From assembly GCF_009914755.1 (NCBI RefSeq), contig NC_060930.1: a stretch of 64,000 bases of DNA; one strand, 5' to 3'. A program made the translations under genes and the position numbers. Below, one piece after another: positions 60,622 through 64,000 of this stretch; the first letter of the stretch is position 1; every line of letters begins with the position of its first letter. Source of the DNA: the human T2T-CHM13v2.0 reference genome, Homo sapiens. Under the pieces are notes generated by a model that was given only the letters and a program-made list of their open reading frames with translations, did no database searches and had not been told where the DNA came from.

Positions 60622-60966
60622 TGTCCTAGTCTGTTTGGGCTTCTATAACAAAACACCATAAACTGCATAACTTACAAACAAAATAAATTTATTTCTCCTA
60701 TTTCTGAATACTTGGAAGTCCAAGATCAAGATGGCAGCAGATTCAGTGTCCAGTGAGAGCCAGCTTTTGGTTCATAGATGATGCCTTACAATGTGTCCTC
60801 ACATGGTGGAAGGAAAAGGCAGTTCTCTAGGGTCTCTTTTATAAGGACACTAATCCCACTGATCTAGTTACCTCCCAGAAGCTCCACCTTCCAATACTAT
60901 CACACTAAGGATTAGGTTTCAACGTATGAATTGGGTAGGGAGTGTACAAACATTCAGACCATAGCA
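60622..60966 (-). mobile_element. MLT1A0-like MaLR LTR
   Basis: TGTCCTAGTCTGTTTGGGCT...AAGTCCAAGATCAAG...AAACATTCAGACCATAGCA; flanks GGACT / GGACA. Confidence 0.88.
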
Positions 60967-62027
60967 GGACATTTTTACTTAAAAAATATTTACTTTATCA
61001 ACTATTCTTGGATTATTTAAGCACTAAATTAATCACTGTCTAAGCAGAAAAATATAGGATCATTTTAGACTTGCAAGAAGGTGAAATTTAAAACAGGAAA
61101 TTAAATTTATTACAAAGTTGTTAGGAGAGTTAGAGGAACAAAAAAGGAAAGATTAATTACCCAATGAAGGTAAATGAGGGTTAGAGAAGCAAAAGAAAAA
61201 TGATATTACCTGATGCCTATGTTTGCTACGATTCTGAGGCTGCTGTAGCTGGAAGGAAGTTGACTAAGCAGTTACTCTTCTGCTAAGCATCTACTCTCAC
61301 AGGTGGCTGCCACCATGACAGCTAAATCTACCATGGCTGGTTGAACCGACAGAAATTAGAAACAAATTGCTTCTATTCCACTAACTGTCCAGTCTCTTGT
61401 CAGTGCCTCACATTAGCAGGAACAAACAGGAAGCCAGATGGCAAGGAGATTATGAAATATAGCTTGCAGACTTCCAGCCCCAAAGATAAGTGTATACAGG
61501 GCAAGTATGGAGTAGAGAGAAAACATTAGACATCACAGTATCAAGATTTATACTAACCTTATAGAATGAGACAGAGAATGTTCTTTCTTTTTCTATTCTT
61601 TGAAAGAGTTCATGAACATGAAACTATTAATTAATATTTGCCAGAACCAACTGATAAACCATCTCATCCTGGTGTTTTCTTTCTATAATGATATTTTAAG
61701 CTACTGATTAAAGTTTTAACTACTACTTCACTACTGAGGTTCTATTTCTAAAATGTGACAAAAGATGCGGATGATCTAGCTATTGTTCTGACTTATTCTC
61801 TCATTCTCTCTGTTTCCTAGCCTTTTTGAATCATTTTAATACATTTTTACTGTATTTTTTGTGCTTCTGGACACACTTTCATGTATCTAAAGAATTCTGT
61901 GATATTTGTGAATTCACAAAGATCAAACTTTATACACATATCTAAACTTACACATGGAGTGAAAAGAAGCATTCCCTAAATGTGAGAGATTATACATGGG
62001 GTGAATGCAGTTGTGAGCAAGGCTCAC

Positions 62028-62172
62028 AAGGGCATGAGATCTGTGCAGGTCCACAGGGCCGTCTCTTGCACTGTAATGCTCTGCTGTTGCTGTCTTGGAG
62101 TTTTTAATTTTTGAACAAGAGGTCCCACATTTTTATTTTGCATGGGTCTCTGAAAAATTACGTAGCTAATCT
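62028..62172. mobile_element. MER91-like hAT fragment
   Basis: ATGCTCTGCTGTTGCTGTCTTG...TTTTTGAACAAGAGGTCCCACATTTT. Confidence 0.6.
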
Positions 62173-63143
62173 TTTTGTGAGCATTGGGAGAGATAGATTT
62201 GGAGTTAAGCTTTCTTTTCCTTCTTTTCTTTGTAATTAACTGTGAAAATAAGAGTTCTTCAAAGACCTATTAATGGTATTATTCAAATATTCTTTAAGAG
62301 AGGAATTAGAATATTGATTTAAGAAACTTAGGTTTATAATTTAATAAAGGAAAATTGGGCTTAATATTGGGGTGGACTGTTCCACAAACCATGGGGAAAA
62401 TAGAGAATTTTGAAAATCAAATAACTATGATCCTCAGTTCATTTTTATAGAATTTTACTACAGAATTAATTTAGGTCAATTGGTTGCTAATGGTTATGTC
62501 CACAAGTTAGAATAAGCTTTTAAAAGCTTTGGTTACAAAATGTAGTAGGCCCACACTTTATTTAACTTAATCATTATAATCAATGTTTTTGTATAAGCAG
62601 ATAGATGCTGGTCTGAGAGGGTTTAGCATCTATAGAATTTGAGACAGTTGTTTTAGAACCAAAGATTGTAAAAAACCAGTTTGTGTATAGCCAGTTAAGA
62701 CCTGTGCTTTCATAATATCTTTTGACATAGATGTATGTGGCCAAACATGAGCCAGAAGAGTTTCATCTCACAGGTAGTCTGAGGGCCTCCCATCAAATAT
62801 TTTAAACTTAAGTTTTTAAAGAACACCCATCATTGGTTAAATGTAGATACCATATAATCCTGGAAGGTTTCTCTCACATTCTGATGCACATTTGGCCTCT
62901 CTGAACAAACAAGCTTTTGTTTGACCTTTACTTTATTTGTTTGGGTTTGTTTGGTTTAGCTCTGTTAGTCTTGACTAAATCAGAAACTGGTGTGCATGAC
63001 TAAGAAATTCCTGGGGTATGAGGGACAGCTTCTCTCTCCAGGAAGTTATAATAATCTTGGAAGGTTTTTAGATGCCTATAAATTCTGGAGAGAGTCGAGG
63101 TCCTCATTGTATCTCAACCTCCTCAATTTGGCAAGTTCATAGA

Positions 63144-63218
63144 ATTCTATTCTATTCTATTCTATTCTATTCTATTCTATTCTATTCTATTCTATTCTAT
63201 TCTATTCTATTCTATTCT
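63144..63218. repeat. (ATTCT)15 pure pentanucleotide repeat followed by (TG)6
   Basis: 75 bp uninterrupted ATTCT. Confidence 0.97.
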
Positions 63219-63629
63219 TTTGTGTGTGTGTGTAGGAAATGTCCTTGGGGAGAAAGCTCATCTGTAGGCCAACCTAGAAGGTTGGGCCATCCTGGAAATA
63301 GCATAATACCCAATTTTGATGGTAACACATTGGACCTTGTAAAAGATAGATAAAATGAATTTCTGGGCTAGTAAGTATTTTCTAGATAACTAGATTAGGA
63401 CTCTGGAACAAGGGAAGGATAAAGTCTGCCTCAAATCAAGGGGAAAATTTTTTCAGTGAGAAATGAATTGACCCCAATATAGAAGTAAATCAGGATGCTG
63501 AAACACTTCTTAGATACTGATTCACAATTGCCATTTTGACCTACCTCCACATAAAAATGGCCCAAGCTACTTGGGAATGAGAGTTATAAATCTACCTTTC
63601 ATATGTAAAATACCAAAATTAATATCACA

Positions 63630-63815
63630 ATAGCTGAAATTTATTGAGAATGAGTGCATGGTGATCTTTAATGAAATAATTCATAATTCTCTTTAAGACT
63701 CATGAAACAGGCATAATTATTATCCTTATTTTAATGAAAAAGAATCAGAGAATTTAAATAACTTCACCAAGTTGGTGAATGGCAAAATCCACACTCATAT
63801 TTGATCTCTGATAAT
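63630..63815 (-). mobile_element. MIR fragment
   Basis: AAATTTATTGAG...ATTATTATCCTTATTTT...TAAATAACTTCACCAAG. Confidence 0.6.
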
Positions 63816-64000
63816 AAGGTTTGGCTACAACTTTCAGCAGTCTTATTACATAAGTTTGACCCTAGTGAGAAGAGAGCCTTCTCCAAGTTCATTAGACAAG
63901 AGACAGAGTATTTCAAGCACTGTAGTCATAACTTAAAAGATGCATGTAGAGTACTTGATATCATCCCTTGCATAGTATAAACAGTCAGAAAATACTACTA

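Noticed and set aside
62720-62780. Possible micro-exon AG|ATGTATG...CACAG|GTAGTC
   Set aside because: Weak polypyrimidine tract and weak donor; no other support
63144-63218. ATXN10 (SCA10) repeat locus
   Set aside because: As I recall, that repeat adjoins Alu sequence; here the flanks are unique DNA and a TG run, with no supporting exons

Overview
Primate (human-like), AT-rich, repeat-dominated non-coding DNA; I find no convincing intact host protein-coding gene, and nearly all ORFs in the track are by-products of Alu, L1 or LTR sequence. Main elements: (1) a ~7.85 kb two-LTR gamma-like endogenous retrovirus (14917-22764) with LTR2-family LTRs, a tRNA-Glu primer-binding site and a scrambled internal order (gag-IN-env1-RT/RNaseH-env2), i.e. 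a Harlequin-type mosaic. It is nested in a Tigger3 DNA transposon that is itself inside an old L1, carries a 5-copy ~122 bp tandem repeat in its leader, and shows repeated TGG>TAG stops. (2) A near-full-length decayed L1PA15/16-like element (~50958-57860) with a younger antisense L1PA insert and a 122 bp templated internal duplication. (3) Two head-to-head LTR8-family solo LTRs. (4) About 20 Alu/FLAM copies plus many MaLR, MLT2 and MER fragments. (5) One unexplained ~1 kb segment (7170-8180) that may be a processed retrocopy. I see no evidence of a new biological system; the findings are mechanistic oddities of transposable elements. Repeat subfamily names are from recalled consensus sequences, and boundaries of old repeats are approximate.
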